Of a DNA stretch of 64,000 nucleotides, positions 39,501-54,624 are shown piece after piece (position 1 is the first letter of the stretch; every line of letters begins with the position of its first letter). Where the stretch lies: positions 12,152,001-12,216,000 of the forward strand of contig OX597820.1 of assembly GCA_951406725.2 (NCBI GenBank), in the 5' to 3' direction. A program made the position numbers and the translations under genes. The notes beneath the pieces were generated by a model. It had not been told where the DNA came from and made no database searches. It was given only the letters and a program-made list of their open reading frames with translations. This DNA is from Octopus vulgaris (taxonomy: Eukaryota).

Positions 39501-42500
39501 TACTGTAATTTAATAAAAGAAGGATAAATGACGTTGATAAGAAGAAAAGATATGATATAACTGAACGGCACTTCCTTATCCTTTCGAGAAAATTTCTGAT
39601 TCTGGCATAAAAAAGAAACTTACATTGATGATTCAACGTTCAATGAATTCCCAATTCTTATTTTTCTTTATGTCTAATGTGGAAATTTGTCTTTAATAAT
39701 GATTGTTACATCAGTAAAAGTAACGTGCACAGTTACATTCTTCATGGACTGAAATCACAATCTAGTCCTGCTTCATGATGGAAGGTAATTTTTCGAAGGA
39801 AAAAAAATGAAGGATTTCAAAAAATGAACTTTGAATTTTATGTCTGAGTGAGAATTAATTAATTTAGTAAATCGTAAATACTGAAATATTTGAAATGAGT
39901 ATTTGGAAACCTAGGTCCATTATTTACTTTTACACACACAGAGTTTCGATGGAATAAGTATCAACATTTTTAAAAACAAACAATTAACCGTAATTTAGAA
40001 ACTGAATATGAAAACTATCTTAATTATTAAAAACATTTTTACTTACTACTTTCCCAGTTCATATCGCGAAACATCCATAAAATAATATATAATATTTAAA
40101 ATGATTTATTTAGTTAAGCCTTCTACACACATTAAAACATGTGTACAAGAGTTATCTTTTAAATACACCCACACATACATAAATCGATATATTTTTCGTT
40201 CTTATATATACAGTCATATTTCATAAATTGATAAAATTAATGGCAGAAAGCGCAAGATAAGACATCATGAAGATTTATTAAACTGTTGGTTATATTCATT
40301 GTGTTATTTAAAGTGAGGTATACTCTGAAGTATCCGATATTTAGATATAATTCAATTTGTCTTCATTATGGAATTTTGTATATGCTATAACCACTTTAAT
40401 TTAGCAAAGTTACTTTCGATCACTATGCTACAGAATTATGATGTCGACAGACAACAAAAAATCGATGGGTTATAATTATAGGATAACAAATACATTAGTC
40501 GCGTGGCCATTTTTACTTTTCTGAAAAAAATTTCAAGAATACTAATTAAATCATTACTAAAGTTATTGTTAGAATAAAAACTATAATCAGGCTTATTAAG
40601 GAAAAAAAACAAACGAACGATAATTGTTATATTAGTCTGTTAGTGTTGGTGAAACTTCGTTTACAAAATATCTTCACAATTCCATTAGAAAATCAAATAT
40701 GATAACGTAGTTTCTTTTTCTGTTTGTCACACAATTGTATTACTGACCTACATTGCATTGAAAAGCACTTAGAATCTAAAAATGGAGGAAACATAAGCTG
40801 AAAATAATATGGCCCACAGAAAAAAAAAAGAAATGGAAAAAAGAAGGTAAACAAAAGAATGGAAGAGCCGGACAGGAGAGACTAAGTGGATGAAAAACAA
40901 CGGGGAAACAGGAAAAAATATAAAGTTAGAAAAATAGGAGACGAAAATAGAATGGTGAAATAGTTCATGGAGGAACAAATGGAAACGATCGAGAATAGGA
41001 AGGAACTTGAAGACTGGTAGATGGTAGTCATACGGTCCATAAATGTATGAAAATAAGTCTAATCATAACCATCGCGTCTTTTTTACAGGAATTGATGTCA
41101 CTGTATTCCTTTATCTAATGTCTCATATTTTAAAACTGTAGGGTGTGATATAAGGAGATTTGGCTGCTATTTTTAGCAAGTCATTTGACAAGTAGGCCAA
41201 TCTAATGGTCGATCAAAATGATAGAATTATTAACCAAATCAATTTTAAATCAAACATATCGCTTTCAAAAAGGCAACATTGGATAAGATAAAACTAAGAT
41301 AAAAAATAAATATCGGAGTAACAAGTCAGACGTTAAATGCCAGATACACAATATATTTCTTTGTTCCGTAACATATACAAGAGGAGCGCAACACGTGTGT
41401 TAAAGCACATTTAAAAGGAACTGTAATATGAATTGAAGAATTATAGATATTATTAAACTTTACATAACTGATTTCGCGAAATGGACTGTGAGTACTGCAG
41501 GAAAATAAAACACGATTTTTGGATAACAAAAAGAAAGTATTTATAGACACCAGAAAAAAAAAATCATCCTTAAAACCTAGAAATGCACGTAATGCTGAAC
41601 TTAACAGCTCAACGATTTAGATTAATATATATATATATCAATCGGTGTGCATTCAAAGCAATGATTTGTAAATTCACGAAACCGGTATACTTTTGAATCT
41701 CTTTAACAATTCTCAATAATGACTTTTATTACTTTTATTCCTACCTCAGTTCATCTAATTGTATATATCTATCGTCACTTATCATAAAAAGCCTTTAATT
41801 TTTTTGATTTCCGATGTGCATTTTCGCTTATATATATATATATATATTCCAGGGAATGACTAATTCAGAGATGCCATGTCCGACAACTATGTATGTATGT
41901 ATGTATGCATTTACTGATACTGACATACATATTCGATACTGTATTTTATGCACATAGACACTCATACATAGATACTACATTTATTTTGCTGCAGCCATAA
42001 TATCACTAGCAGTGACGTTGGGTACGAAAAGAAAGAATTGCACCAAGCAGGTTTAAAGACTGGTTGTTATGGGACGAGTTTAACTTCTAAAATTAATTTA
42101 GACTGAAGCAGTGTACGATCTTTTTCTAACTAAGCGTACTACTAAGACTTCCGAAAAGTGAATATGCGCAAAATATCTGTTAAGAAATTTTCTACACTTA
42201 ATGTTACAACTAATTCCGAAAGAAATGGAATTTGTTTAAAGAATTAATAGCTTTAATTAATTGATGATTTGCTTGTGATCATCAGATATATAATCTACTT
42301 AATAAAAACATTTGAAGTATTCATATGATACCAATTCCACAGTTCTTAAATGACTTTTAGCTTCCACAAGCAGTCTTTTTGAGATAATAAATATACTACT
42401 GTGAACTCAATTAAATTTTAAAATACTTTAATTCAATTTTCTCTTAATAAAACATTGTAATAATTCTGTTAAAATATTAAAAATCTTTTGTTTCCAGATC

Positions 42501-42525
42501 TCAAATTCTAGTCACGATAATTATA

Positions 42526-42578
<53 letters not shown>

Positions 42579-42839
42579 ATACACGCATGTGAGTACATAT
42601 GGATAGGCTTAGCACTCAGCTGATTTTGTGATGGTTAAGTACGTGTATTAATCGTTTGCGATTTACATCTGTATTAGTTGTAGTTTTACATAGGAAAAAA
42701 TTATTTATTTTCGAAAGTGATGGTGGTAAGTGACGAAAAGACAGGTATAAAATATGGCTGCTTGTCATTAGATGATGTTGTAACAAGCATTCCTATTGGT
42801 CATTCCGCGTCACCTGATTGAACCAGTAATCCTAGTGAA

Positions 42840-43930
42840 ATTCAAATATCCAAAGACTGTCAACCTTTTAGACATTAAATTATACCTCAAAGCAGGCAAG
42901 CAGTAGTTGTATAGAAGGCCTAATGAGGAGACAGTATATATTCATAGGAATTCTAACTATCCTAGACATAATTACAAGTAAAATATGCGCCAACAAGTAA
43001 TAGACTGTACCAAACCTGACATAACTTGTTTCTTGATATGACCCTTGTGCACCACCGGAAACAGTAGAAGAAATTGCAATTTATCCTTCAATAAAGATAT
43101 ATTCAACAGAGTTGCATCACATTACAGTAAGGCGTTATTAAGCAATATCTTGAGCGACGGGTTAGTTCATACGGAAAATCCTACCCTCACACCTACGAAA
43201 ACAAGGAGAGGATAAAACACGATGTTGTCCTTCGGTCAACCTTAGTGTCTTCTTAGGAGTTACAACTATCCCAGCTGTGAATAGAAATATAGGAACTAGG
43301 CAGTGGCAGTACCAATCTTTACGTAACTCGTTAAATCATTAGATATTAAAGTTTATCTACAATACAGCGAGGCGTTACTGAGACGTGGCTTTAATGTGAA
43401 GTGAGTGCATGTAGGTGATATGCACGGAGAGAGAAGGACAAAGAATAATGTTTCATTCTGTTTAACCAATATGTCTGTAATTATAGCTAGTGACTTGTTA
43501 CCATTTAGAGAACACTAAACGTACTTAATATGCATAACATGAAGTTTAGTTACTATTTTGTACATATCAGCATATACTGCAACGGAAACATAGCATGGAC
43601 CAATGCCGAATTTATCCTTATTACTTTACTGCAACCACCTAAGCCGAATGCCCTGATAAGAGATGAGATTTTGCGTTTCTAAGGTAGTGGGTTATAAAGC
43701 CAGCCTCATTCCATCTGATGATATCTGGAGGAACGACACGGAATCGGTCAATTACTCTAAGGGTAAGTTTACTCAGTATATACAACCATTCAGATCCAGA
43801 GTTATAGATAACACCGTCTCATTTGGAGATTTTCTGTCTTGTCTTATCAGGAAACTTTCCCATTAGGAAAATTACTACAACTAAGTTGAATGACCGTAGT
43901 AAAATGCCGGTCGGGAAACTCATATTCTGA
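42840..43930 (+). pseudogene. Penelope-like retroelement fossil (RT thumb, linker, decayed GIY-YIG region)
   Basis: KTVNLLDIKLYLKAGKQ*LYRRPNEETVYIHRNSNYP (cf. VNFLDV....YRKP....YIH..SNHP), then SRRNCNLSFNKDIFNRVASHYSKAL..KTRRG*NTMLSFGQP (cf. RRIS.LSS..IF..A...Y..AL..R.IIWFNPP); downstream part much more decayed. Confidence 0.75.
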
Positions 43931-46565
43931 AAGGGAAAATGTAATAACCCTTAGAAATGCGTCTTTAAAATGAGTCGATAATTAGAAATGTTTGAAAAAT
44001 CGTTAGAGAATGATGCAAAATATCTGTGGTTCTCACAGTAAGTAGCTTTCATAACGGTGCAATGAACGAGATACTGCCATCATACACATTGAAGACAAAA
44101 GCGGTTTCTACATTTACTTCAAGGCTGAAATGTCTCAATGTCTATAACCATTCTTTTAACCAATCCTAATCTAATCATAGACGTAAAGTTAGGAAAACAT
44201 CCTACAGGACAAAGCTGACAAAACAAGAAAAACGCATTCATCACACGTAATACATGAGTGAACGTGTGATGTTTTTATTACTGTGGATTATTTTTCACGA
44301 ACTTTATAAATACAGCATCAAAATATTTTTGACCTCTCATGACATAATCAATTTGGACGTATTTGTAGTTTAGTGGAATTTGTTCATTCCATTGTGTTCT
44401 TGTGTTCCGTTGTGTTCAGATAAGGCTATAGATAATATGTAAATATTGGGTTAAAATCCTTCAAGTCATTCTGTCCGAGAAGATAGCTTTCCTGGACTTC
44501 TTATTTGAATCCTTTGACATTTTTCTTTGATAACACATTGTCACGAAGTTGACAGGTATCAACATTTAGTCTTATTCGTTTTACACATTGTTTGATTAAC
44601 TTTTAGATTAAGATATTCATATATTTTACAGAATTTTGTGAAGTTTACTAACGTGTTAGGTTTATTCGATTTCGTAGTTGGCCAACTCCGTACCAGTTAA
44701 CTATTCACATCGGACTTGAAATAGCTCAATATCTCATTTAAAAACTTGTCCACTCAATCAGAATTGTTTGCAAATCAACTCACTCAGCTAACCTGTGTGT
44801 TAATTGAATAACACGCAGGTCAAATTTTTAAACTCCGCCTATCAACAGCATTATCATTACAAATTATCCGTTTATTATTGTGAAATAATTCCATAGTAAT
44901 CAGTGGTCGTAGTCTTCAGGATCGTGGTGGTGGTTGTCATCATCGTTATTCTTCACTTTCGACTTTTTCTTTTCATTATCATCATACTCATGGTCATTAT
45001 CATAGAAACAACAAGAAAAAAAACTATAATACTATCAATCACAATGCTTGTAGTGCTGACAATAAGAACCATCATGATAGCACCAAACAATGTAAAAGTT
45101 AATTCAAGTAGAATCGTTTCTTCATTATCAGCATCACAAAAATACATCAACTGCTGAATCATAATCTGCATTGTTTGTAACCATAGAACGTGTAAATTCC
45201 TATTGTAGGAGTTGAAATTATCGGAGTCGATCAAAATACTATTCTTTTTCTGTATCATGAATTTCAATCGGACGATTTTAGAGAGATTCAAGTTATCCTA
45301 ATGGAGTTAAGTGATTCCTTTTTTCTTCTTCAGTAGCCGCTTTTAGAAAAGTTCCACTTCAACACGCTACTCTGCTATCTCACATATACAGGTGAATTCT
45401 GAGAGCGCTTATTTGATTCTATCGACATGAAATGCTCTCATATCTATAGAAAAATGCCTGCATTATTGGTGCACACGAACACACACACACACGAAACCTT
45501 CTTCAACAGTAATATTTTCATGGTTCGTTTTGATTTCTAATAAACGGATTAAAGATTTATATGTATTTATTATTACTTATGCAATACTAATATATAACAG
45601 ATTTTTGCCGGATTGAAGTTCTGAGTTGTTTTTTTTTTTTTGCTGGTAAATTTTTAGCAAAACCTTCTTTCACCTTAGTGATAGCTAAACAGACAAATGG
45701 AGGAGAAAAAGCAGTCAAATATTGCAAAGATTTCATCACAAAATCTCGTCTGGCATTTCGATATGCAATTTTGAACTGAGACCCACCATGGAATATTTAC
45801 TCAGGCCTGGTGATCCTATTAGATGCACAGAGATCCAGGGCCCCGTTTTCACAAAGGCCGGCTGAATCATTGAAATGTATAATTATATTCGAAAACCACT
45901 TCCACATACGCACTGCCTTTGCTATTTCTGTCACTACTGCTGTGATATCTGTTTCTCAAAAGTTTCGGAGAGCTTGCGATGGCCTAAGTCCCTGATCTTT
46001 TCACTTGTTCAGACTATTAAAAAAAACCCCAACAGAAACATTTATTCAGTTTGCTTTGCATATGATCAACTTACAAATCGTTGTCTCGAATATTCATATT
46101 ACCAATAATAAACAACTCTAGATACTTGACATGATTGCATTATAATAACGAATCATAAAGTTTCTTCCTCTCGACGCCATATTTACATACCTGTTACTCA
46201 TATTGCTGACTTATCAGTCTAACGACCTATTAGTGTTTTCTTGGCTACAGTATTCAATGTTACCTGGCAATCGGCTAAATGAACTCATTCTTATCTGTAT
46301 TTTGTTGGATGCTTTTAAATGCGTAGGAAACATGGTGATTCCTTTATATAAATTATCCAATTATTGTTAATCAAGATTAAATAATTATTTCTTTTGATTA
46401 CTTTGTTTAAAATAAAATTGCGAAATGTTTATATTACACGTATGGCAAATTTATTTAGTAATGAACAACAATCGATTGGTACAACATTGGTATTTTACTG
46501 ATATCAATTTTGATTGAAATCTTGTTAATATATTAGTTATTTAGTGCAAAACGGATTACTGTTTT

Positions 46566-46669
46566 ACACACACACACGTACTCACACACACACGTACTCA
46601 CACACTCACACACAAACGTACTCACACACACACGTACTCTCACACACACGTACTCACATACACACGTAC

Positions 46670-46717
<48 letters not shown>

Positions 46718-46722
46718 ACACA
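46566..46722. repeat. Minisatellite-like (CA)nCGTACT units followed by (TGTC)n(TC)n
   Basis: About six CGTACT motifs separated by CA runs. Confidence 0.85.
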
Positions 46723-49700
46723 CATACCGATTGCGAAAAGGAGCTCAAAGAAGAAAATGTTTTCACTTGGAGAATATTAGCTTTACTAAAATTAAGGGTA
46801 AATATACAGCTTAGGAGAAGATAGGCCTTTTACGATTTCTGTTTTTCTCTGCCATTTGTATTTAGCTGTCACTGAAATTCATATTCTATATTCTCTTATT
46901 AATAATTTCATTTCCCTCTCTCTCTTTCTCTCTTTTGTAAGAAACTAGATATCGCTAAGAGAATCTAGTTTTTAATAAAAAAGGATCTAAATATTCTTAT
47001 TGTAAAGTAGAAATATTATTCTTCTTGCTTAAAATCAATTTGAAATCCATTCATCTCTGCTTGCAATGTTTAGATAATTCGACATATATAACGTCACCAT
47101 GCATTAGTAATGAGCAGAAGGGTCAGAAGCGTTATGATTTGCAGATTTATAGTGTATCGTTAAAAGTGTTATGTGGAAAGTATAAATTATTGCGAAAGTT
47201 AATGGCAATAACTGAAGATAAGTGCAATTCCGTGTAAGGTTCTAGCTTACCATATTATAAAATCGGTGTCCTACATATCCTTACATATGATTCTATATAT
47301 TTTACTTAGATATTTAGATAATTATATCTTTTATTTTCCCTCATAAATATCGATTTTGGTAGAATTAGCTCTTAATAAATTGCAACATACGTTGATTTGT
47401 ATTACTATAATAATTTGTGCTATACCACATTCGACAATGTAGAATTGATCAAGAATATTAGTGTAATTTTTTCATTAACATTGATAACTCTAAATAATTT
47501 ACGTCTTTGATTTGTTACCTATTATGCCGTTCTCTTAAATTATTGGTATTAGTTTAATTCGTTGCGAATAATTATTGTTCATTCAATACTACTCCAGTCG
47601 CCAGTCCATGAGTTACTGTTAAAAGCGTCTATGTCTATACACTAATGTAATAAAAGCACATAAACCAACCGTTTATATTAACAAAATTTCTTCTGAAGAC
47701 AATACTATTATTTTTGTTTTTACAATTTCTGTAAAGTTGTTCTGTAGCTAGATATAACATTTGGAGTAGCTTGAAGAATTAAGTCCGATGTTTTGGGGGC
47801 TTATTGTGCTTCATTTTGTGTTTGAATTACACGTCAAATGTTTAATAAGAATGATTTTTCTTTTTTTTTTTTACACGGAGAAACCATGAAAAAGAAATGG
47901 AAACAATAGCATTTCCTATTCCCTGCTTCGAAACCGACTGCTTATGTTTCTAAGTCTTTGTGTCTGTTTGTCTGTGCTTGTATTTCTGAAAGTGCGAATA
48001 GATAACTTTATACAAGGACATTATCTCACATAAACAGAGAGAATACAAATAGCTGTAAGTAATAAAACTTGTGCACGAACTTCAAACCGACAGCGTTATT
48101 CGATATATATATACATACTCTTTAGACAACCATAATCAATATATTACGTAACTACATAATGTACATAAATAGTTGATTTCATGATTTCAACTGTAAAAAC
48201 GCATAACACTCCAAAACTACCCAACCTAATCTAAAACGCAACACATGGCAGCAACGAAGACTTATGATATGAATTTTTGGCATCTGTAGAAGGAAAATTA
48301 CGATGGCTACGTTTATACATTGAGAAAATAATACATTTAGTAACTAAGTTATGTATATGTAAGACTATGGAAACCGAAATAAAAGCGTTTTACTAGAGAA
48401 ATCCTCAGAGAAATGTAAGTAGAAGAGCTATCAGAGATACAGTAACTACCATAGAGTCCGCAACACCAGTCATAACAGCTTGCATATGTTTAATGGGTTA
48501 TAATCATCAGATGGTGTACAAAAGAATTTTAGGTGTAAAAATAGCAGAAATTTTAACTAGGTAAAATACATAATACATTCCTCTCTTATATTTTGCCACT
48601 AAATGGAACATTTCACTTTTAACGAAAAATTCTATTTGCTTCATATAAACAGAGAAATGTTTAACATCGAGAGCATGTAAATAAATAATCATGTACACAT
48701 ATGTACACACGTGGAAATGTATACTTATGATACTTTTGCAACTAAATACTAAAGCTTACACCCAAATAAAATAAACATTCAGTTTGAATATAAATCAAGT
48801 GGGAAGGCGAGAGGAATTTGACGTGAAACCCACACGATCATTTCAAGTTCACTCCAAAATACACACAAGTTGCTTTCACAGCATACAATGAATTGCAGAC
48901 CACAATCATTTGCATTGTTCATAAATTGGAAACTATCTTCATTAGATAACAAAATATCTATATTGTGTTTCTGAAGATAAATATAATTTTCAAAATAAAT
49001 AAGATAATAATAATAAAGCACTAGAATTTAAAGATTAGCAAGAAAACTTTAGATTAATAAATAACAACGCCTTTTTTTTAAAAAACTATGCAAGATATAT
49101 ACTGAGTATAATCGAACACGGAAAATATTATTGATAATTATTTTATCGATGTCAGGAAGATGAAAGGAAAGGTCACAGATGTAGCTATATAGTGTGATAT
49201 ATGTAGTTTAATCCACCTGGTCATTTAAGTCCTCTTTGTAAAGATAGCTTTTATTGAACATGACTAGTTAGGGAGCTACATTCATTGCGTAATATGCAGA
49301 TACACTCCTCATCAAAACTGGACAAATATGATATCAGCAAGCGCTAAATCTCTGTAGCAAAGAGTTAGACATAGCATAGAACATATCTGTTAAGGTGGCC
49401 AAGGAAGTAAAGATAAATTTTGAAAATACATAACTATTATGAGGATTTCTTTATTGAACGTACAAGGAAATCGAACATGAAATCATTTACTCGTGAAAGC
49501 TTTTGTGTTTTCCTATGTTCTATTTACTTTCACTGCTTTCCTTTTCATTTAAAATTGTCAACCGGCGAGAAGCCTAGAAGTTGTCAAAGCAAATGGACAT
49601 CCAAATAGAAAAAGAAAGTTTTCGGTTTTGAAAACTAAAAGACGTGACAGGGAGAAAAGTATAAGCAACCCATACTGAATGTAGATATTTATGACATAAG

Positions 49701-50199
49701 TCGAGTAAACGATGTAGGTAAATGTTTTCTTGGTATATTCAGGACTGCTGTTCGGCCAAACTAAACAACATTGGAAAAGAACACTGCCAAAATAACAACT
49801 ATGCTCTCATTATCTGTGAAATCCTGCGTATGCTTCAATTGGTGCTAGCATACTATTACTAATATTCCAAATATTCCAAGGCGGTTACTGACAGAAACAT
49901 TTATCTTCTGCATATGCATATATGTAACTTTCACAAAAAATATAAAGAGTCAATATAGAGGGGATAATAAAAACAAAAATCAATTGTTGGCTCTGTATTA
50001 TACAGAAATTAGTTCGGCTATAAAATATTCTTTGCCTATAAAATGTTGGCATTGTGCCTAATCGAAAAAATCCTAATTATTTAGTTGTTTCTTTTGAAAG
50101 TGAATAACACACATAAGACCTCGTTCAATGAGATTATTTTAGATTATAAGTATCTGTGCGCAAATATTTACACTAAAATATCTACTTGTGTATTTTTTA

Positions 50200-50520
50200 T
50201 ATTTCTCTTGTGTCAGCTATTAGACTGTAGCCATCATAGAGCACCGCCTTCGAGGGTTTTCATCGAATGAATCGACTCCAGTATTTATTTTCTGAAAGCC
50301 AAGTAGTTATCATATACATTTCTTTCGGTGAACCGATAATTTTCGAAGACGGTAAATAAACCAACACCGGTTGTGAAACTGTGGCAAGGGACAATCAAAG
50401 ACAGCAGGCACATTTCTGTTAATCAAATCCACTCATAAGGCCTTGATTGTCCCAGTGCTATAATAGAAGACAATTGCCCAAGCTGTCATGCAGTGGGACT
50501 GAGTCCAAAACCATGTGATT
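50200..50520 (-). mobile_element. Degenerate family C SINE
   Basis: GACTGTAGCCATCATAGAGCACCGCC..CCAACACCGGTTGT..CAAATCCACTCATAAGGC..TTGCCCAAG..GCAGTGGGACTGA. Confidence 0.75.
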
Positions 50521-51993
50521 GAAAATCACATATATATGACAGAATGCATCATTATGGTTTTATGGAAAAGCCTTAATTAGATTCAAATGACATATTTTGG
50601 AATGCATTATATGTTCTCATATCCTCACAATCTAGTTAAAATCAAAGCAACTAGTTCCTATTGGTGTGAAGATGTGGAATCTGATGCAGGCATATACAAA
50701 AACATATACAGTATTTTCGCTTAATTGAAATTGCAATATCCTTGATGGCAGAATCGTTAGTGTATTCGAAAAATACCTGGCACTGTGTACTTTCTGCCTC
50801 TTTTCTTCGTGTACATACTTCCATGGTAAGCTTTGCTTTTTGTCTTTCCGAGGCAGACAAAAAAGATCGCTTTAGAAGAATACAAATCGAGAGTTAGAAT
50901 CTCTCAATTAGTAGATTTTTTATGTCGTCATGGTAAATCATGTGACTACATATGTACTAAACTGTATCGGATACTAAATTTCCTTTCAACAATAACAGTC
51001 GCATGCATGAACAGGAAAGACTTACTGCCTCAGCAATTCGTGATCTCCATTACACCCATGCTTAAACTTGCACTCCAGAGAAGACAAACCTGAGTTGCAT
51101 CGCCGGATTTGACCGATAAATATTGCAGCAAGATAATCCAGGTGCAGATCTATGGTTTCAAAATATACAATGATAAATATGTGCAGTTTGCATCTATGAA
51201 ATTACACTCATGGAATATTGATTAACAGGTGAACGAATGCCTATTGTAGAAATCGCTTGTTTAATATTCCACATTATGGAATCGAACCAAGAACGATGTG
51301 GTTGCAAAGCAAAGATCTTAATATAAATTTGAATCTTCTTTGTTCACTATCTCTTTGATAATACGGATGGTTTTCCCAGGTGCTAATTAGAAAGAGGGCT
51401 GATTTTTTATTACTCACAAGGGGCCTCGAAGAGGGGACAAACAAACCATGTGGGTGATATATAACATATGAAAAATGAATGACATGAATTTATATATATT
51501 GGAAAGAGGGTTTATCTATATCCATTTCAGTTATATGTATTGATCTCATCATCAATTTAGACTTTTATTACTGTATCGTTTTGAATATAATTACCATTTA
51601 TATGCAAATAGCTACATAAATTGAATAGGCTTTTCTCCTCTTACAAAAATTATCTCATGTATGAGAAAATGATCAACATTAATTATAGTATATGCAAATA
51701 TTAACATTTTCAATGGAAGACGTTTTTAATTTTCTTTATTTCATAGAAACACCCCTCCCAGATATTATATATAAATATTTTCGATATAAATAAATCAGAT
51801 ATTTGAAATTGATATTCAAGAGAACTAAACTTAAAGACGCATAATTATAAAATCCAATTATAACTATAACAGCAAATTTTACATTATAGTCCAAAATATC
51901 TGAACAAACAAAATCGAATCTACAATCAAAGGAGTAATTTATGGAAGCAAAATAATTGATTTTATATAACTTGTATTATTAACCAATTAATAA

Positions 51994-52210
51994 GCCGGCG
52001 AGCTGGTAGAGACATTATCGCATCAGAGAAAATGCTCAGTAGCATTTCTTCTGGCATTATATTGCGAGTTCAAATGTGACAAAGGTAAACTTTGCCTTTC
52101 ATCCTTTCGGGGTAAATAACATATGTAGCAGTTGAGTACTGAGATCGATGTAAACGACTACTTCTCCCCTAAAAAATTCATGCATTGTGTGTATAGTAGA
52201 AAGAATTATT
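51994..52210 (+). mobile_element. Family A SINE (older copy)
   Basis: GGCGAGCTGGTAGA..GAGTTCAAAT..CTTTGCCTTTCATCCTTTCGGGGTA. Confidence 0.8.
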
Positions 52211-52444
52211 ATATTATCATTAGCCTGTAGTTTAATATCTAAATTTAGTTTGACAATATATATATATATCGATTGGAAGCCAGAATGAATATATTATCAA
52301 ATAGGCGCATTAAATCCTCTGATCCTTTAATGATTATACCTATTTCATAAAAAAAATATATATATTGACGCTTTCAGAAATATATCTGAATATATATATA
52401 TATATTATCATTGTTTTTTAAATGAACAAATATTATTTATATAT

Positions 52445-52494
52445 TGTTGAAATTTACAGAAAAACAAAAGACGCTCGGGAAAGCGAGAAAGTCT

Positions 52495-52495
<1 letters not shown>
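52445..52495 (-). mobile_element. Deleted derivative of the 57.9-58.3 kb hammerhead-type element, in TA context
   Basis: Reverse complement AAGACTTTCTCGCTTTCCCGAGCG|TCTTTTGTTTTTCTGTAAATTTCAAC matches two separated parts of 57983-58078. Confidence 0.7.
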
Positions 52496-52559
<64 letters not shown>

Positions 52560-53826
52560 TTTCATTTGACGTGTGCTCAATGGCAAAAAATATCAATGCC
52601 GTGCTTTCGTTTTCATACGATCATTTATATCCCTGCCCTCCCAAAAAAGATTTTTTTTACGATAGAAAGTATCTTATTTCCCACAGAATTCCTTTCGGGT
52701 ACATTAAGGCATAAGGATCTTGGAACTTTAGTTTATGAATCTTGAAATATATCATGCTAAAGTAAATGAGAATCTTATTAGATAAGTATAAACATGCATC
52801 AAACATAACATGTCACAACAGATCAAATAAGTCAATTTTATTATATCCACTCATACATTTATCAATCCTTCACACGTATGTGGATGTGTTATAATAAAAG
52901 TATATATCAACGAATATATTACTATCTTAGTAGAACATCCAAAGCAAAAGGAAAGACACCTTTTAACTCCTGAAAAGGGTTAAAGTCAGTTTTGCTGCAC
53001 CAATGAATATCCGATGTGAGTGGAAATTAATCTTGTTCATCCACGTGTGATGTATTTGACAACGATATATACACAAGCCTTAAGCTGTGTAAATCTCCTT
53101 AGTAACACTGGTTCAATACAATTCTGTAGCTCTAGAAAAAATTAATGAAAACGAAACAAATAAATAATTAAATGTCTCTTCTAGTCAATCACGTTGTAGT
53201 TTTGGCGAAACATCTGTAAATATTGGTTACTGAGGTATTCGATACTTTTTGACAAAATCGATTTACTTGCTCTACTTCGTAACACATTTCACATTAGTTA
53301 GCTTAGCAATAGGATTCCGTTTGTTTTACCCCTCTCCCTTTCGCTCACAAACTCTTAATTAGTTTCCAGTCGAATATATTGTTTTTTCACTATTAAACAC
53401 GTTCAGGTGTTTGGATGACCTGTATTCTATGTTGTTTCACTTGCCGTCTGATAAGACATTCAAAGCGAAAACAATTCTCAAACAATCTAATTTTCTTTTA
53501 TTATCTGACGAACGGTTTCTGATACAAAGGGCTCACATGTTATTTTCCCTTTCTTTCTATTTTTGTTTCTTAAAGAGAACACAGTATGCATTTTCTCAAA
53601 TTTTTCGTCATTTTCGATTTTCGGTGAAACAATATTTCTTTCTTAAATGACGATACCTTTAAAATTGCTATTTTATAAGATTTTAAAGAAAAATCAAACT
53701 CTATCGTCTTCATCAGACACTATGAATGAACTTGAGAATTATTCTTACTAATCCGTCACACAAATTTTAAAAGTGGATGCAATAAATTTTGTGCAAGTTT
53801 TATAAGTCCTACATTTGACCAAAGTC

Positions 53827-54624
53827 AGAGTACGAAAGAAATATTGCAAGTCATTTTATTCGGATATTTAACGATTCTGCTAAGCCGCCGAATTAATAAT
53901 GATGACTATATCTTAGTCGTAATCCAATAAGAAACGAACTATTTCTATTCTATAAATTAAATACCCCACCCTCATCATTGAGATGTTTTGTTGCACAGTA
54001 TATAGGCGTCTGTCCTTGTTTGTCCCTTCTGTGTTTAGCTCCATGTGGATAGTAAAGAAATAAGTATTTCGTCTGCCGCTACGTTCTGAGTTCAAATTCT
54101 GCCGAGGTCGACTTTGCCTTTCATCCTTTCGGGGTTGATTAAATAAGTACCAGTTACGCACCGGGGTTGATATAATCGACTTAATCCGTTTGTCTGTCCT
54201 TGTTTGTCCTCTCTATGTCTACGAAATACTGCTAAGCATTTCGCCCGGCGTGCTAACGTTTCTGCCAGCTCAACGCCTTTGAACGTGTGAATACTGATTG
54301 CTGAATATTCAATAATTTTTGATAAAAGATTTGCTCGGCCTACTTCAGTTTTTACCAACTTCCGCATTTGTTATGTTAACTACAAGGTTATCACATCTCT
54401 AGCAATCACATATCATAGTTTTCTCTGGGCTTTTGCTTATTTGCCTATACACTGTGCAACAAAACATCTCGATGATGAGGGAGGGGTCTTTTCATTAATA
54501 CAATAAAAACAGTTCGTTTCTTATTGGATTACGACTAAGATATAGTCATCATTATTAATTCGGCGGCTTGGCAGAATCGTTAAATATCCGAATAAAATGA
54601 CTTGCAGTATTTCTTTCGTACTCT
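53827..54624. repeat. About 180-bp inverted duplication (53827-54007 / 54443-54624) enclosing rearranged SINE pieces
   Basis: Arms read as reverse complements (e.g. AATAATGATGACTATATCTTAGTCGTAATCCAATAAGAAACGAACT); spacer has SINE tail+body (+) and SINE head (-). Confidence 0.9.

Noticed and set aside
44900-45157. Hydrophobic membrane-protein-like ORFs (also 57401-57652)
   Set aside because: Derived from decayed trinucleotide repeats.
46566-46670. CRISPR-like repeat-spacer pattern
   Set aside because: Six-bp motif separated by CA runs in eukaryotic DNA; a microsatellite derivative with no unique spacers or cas genes.
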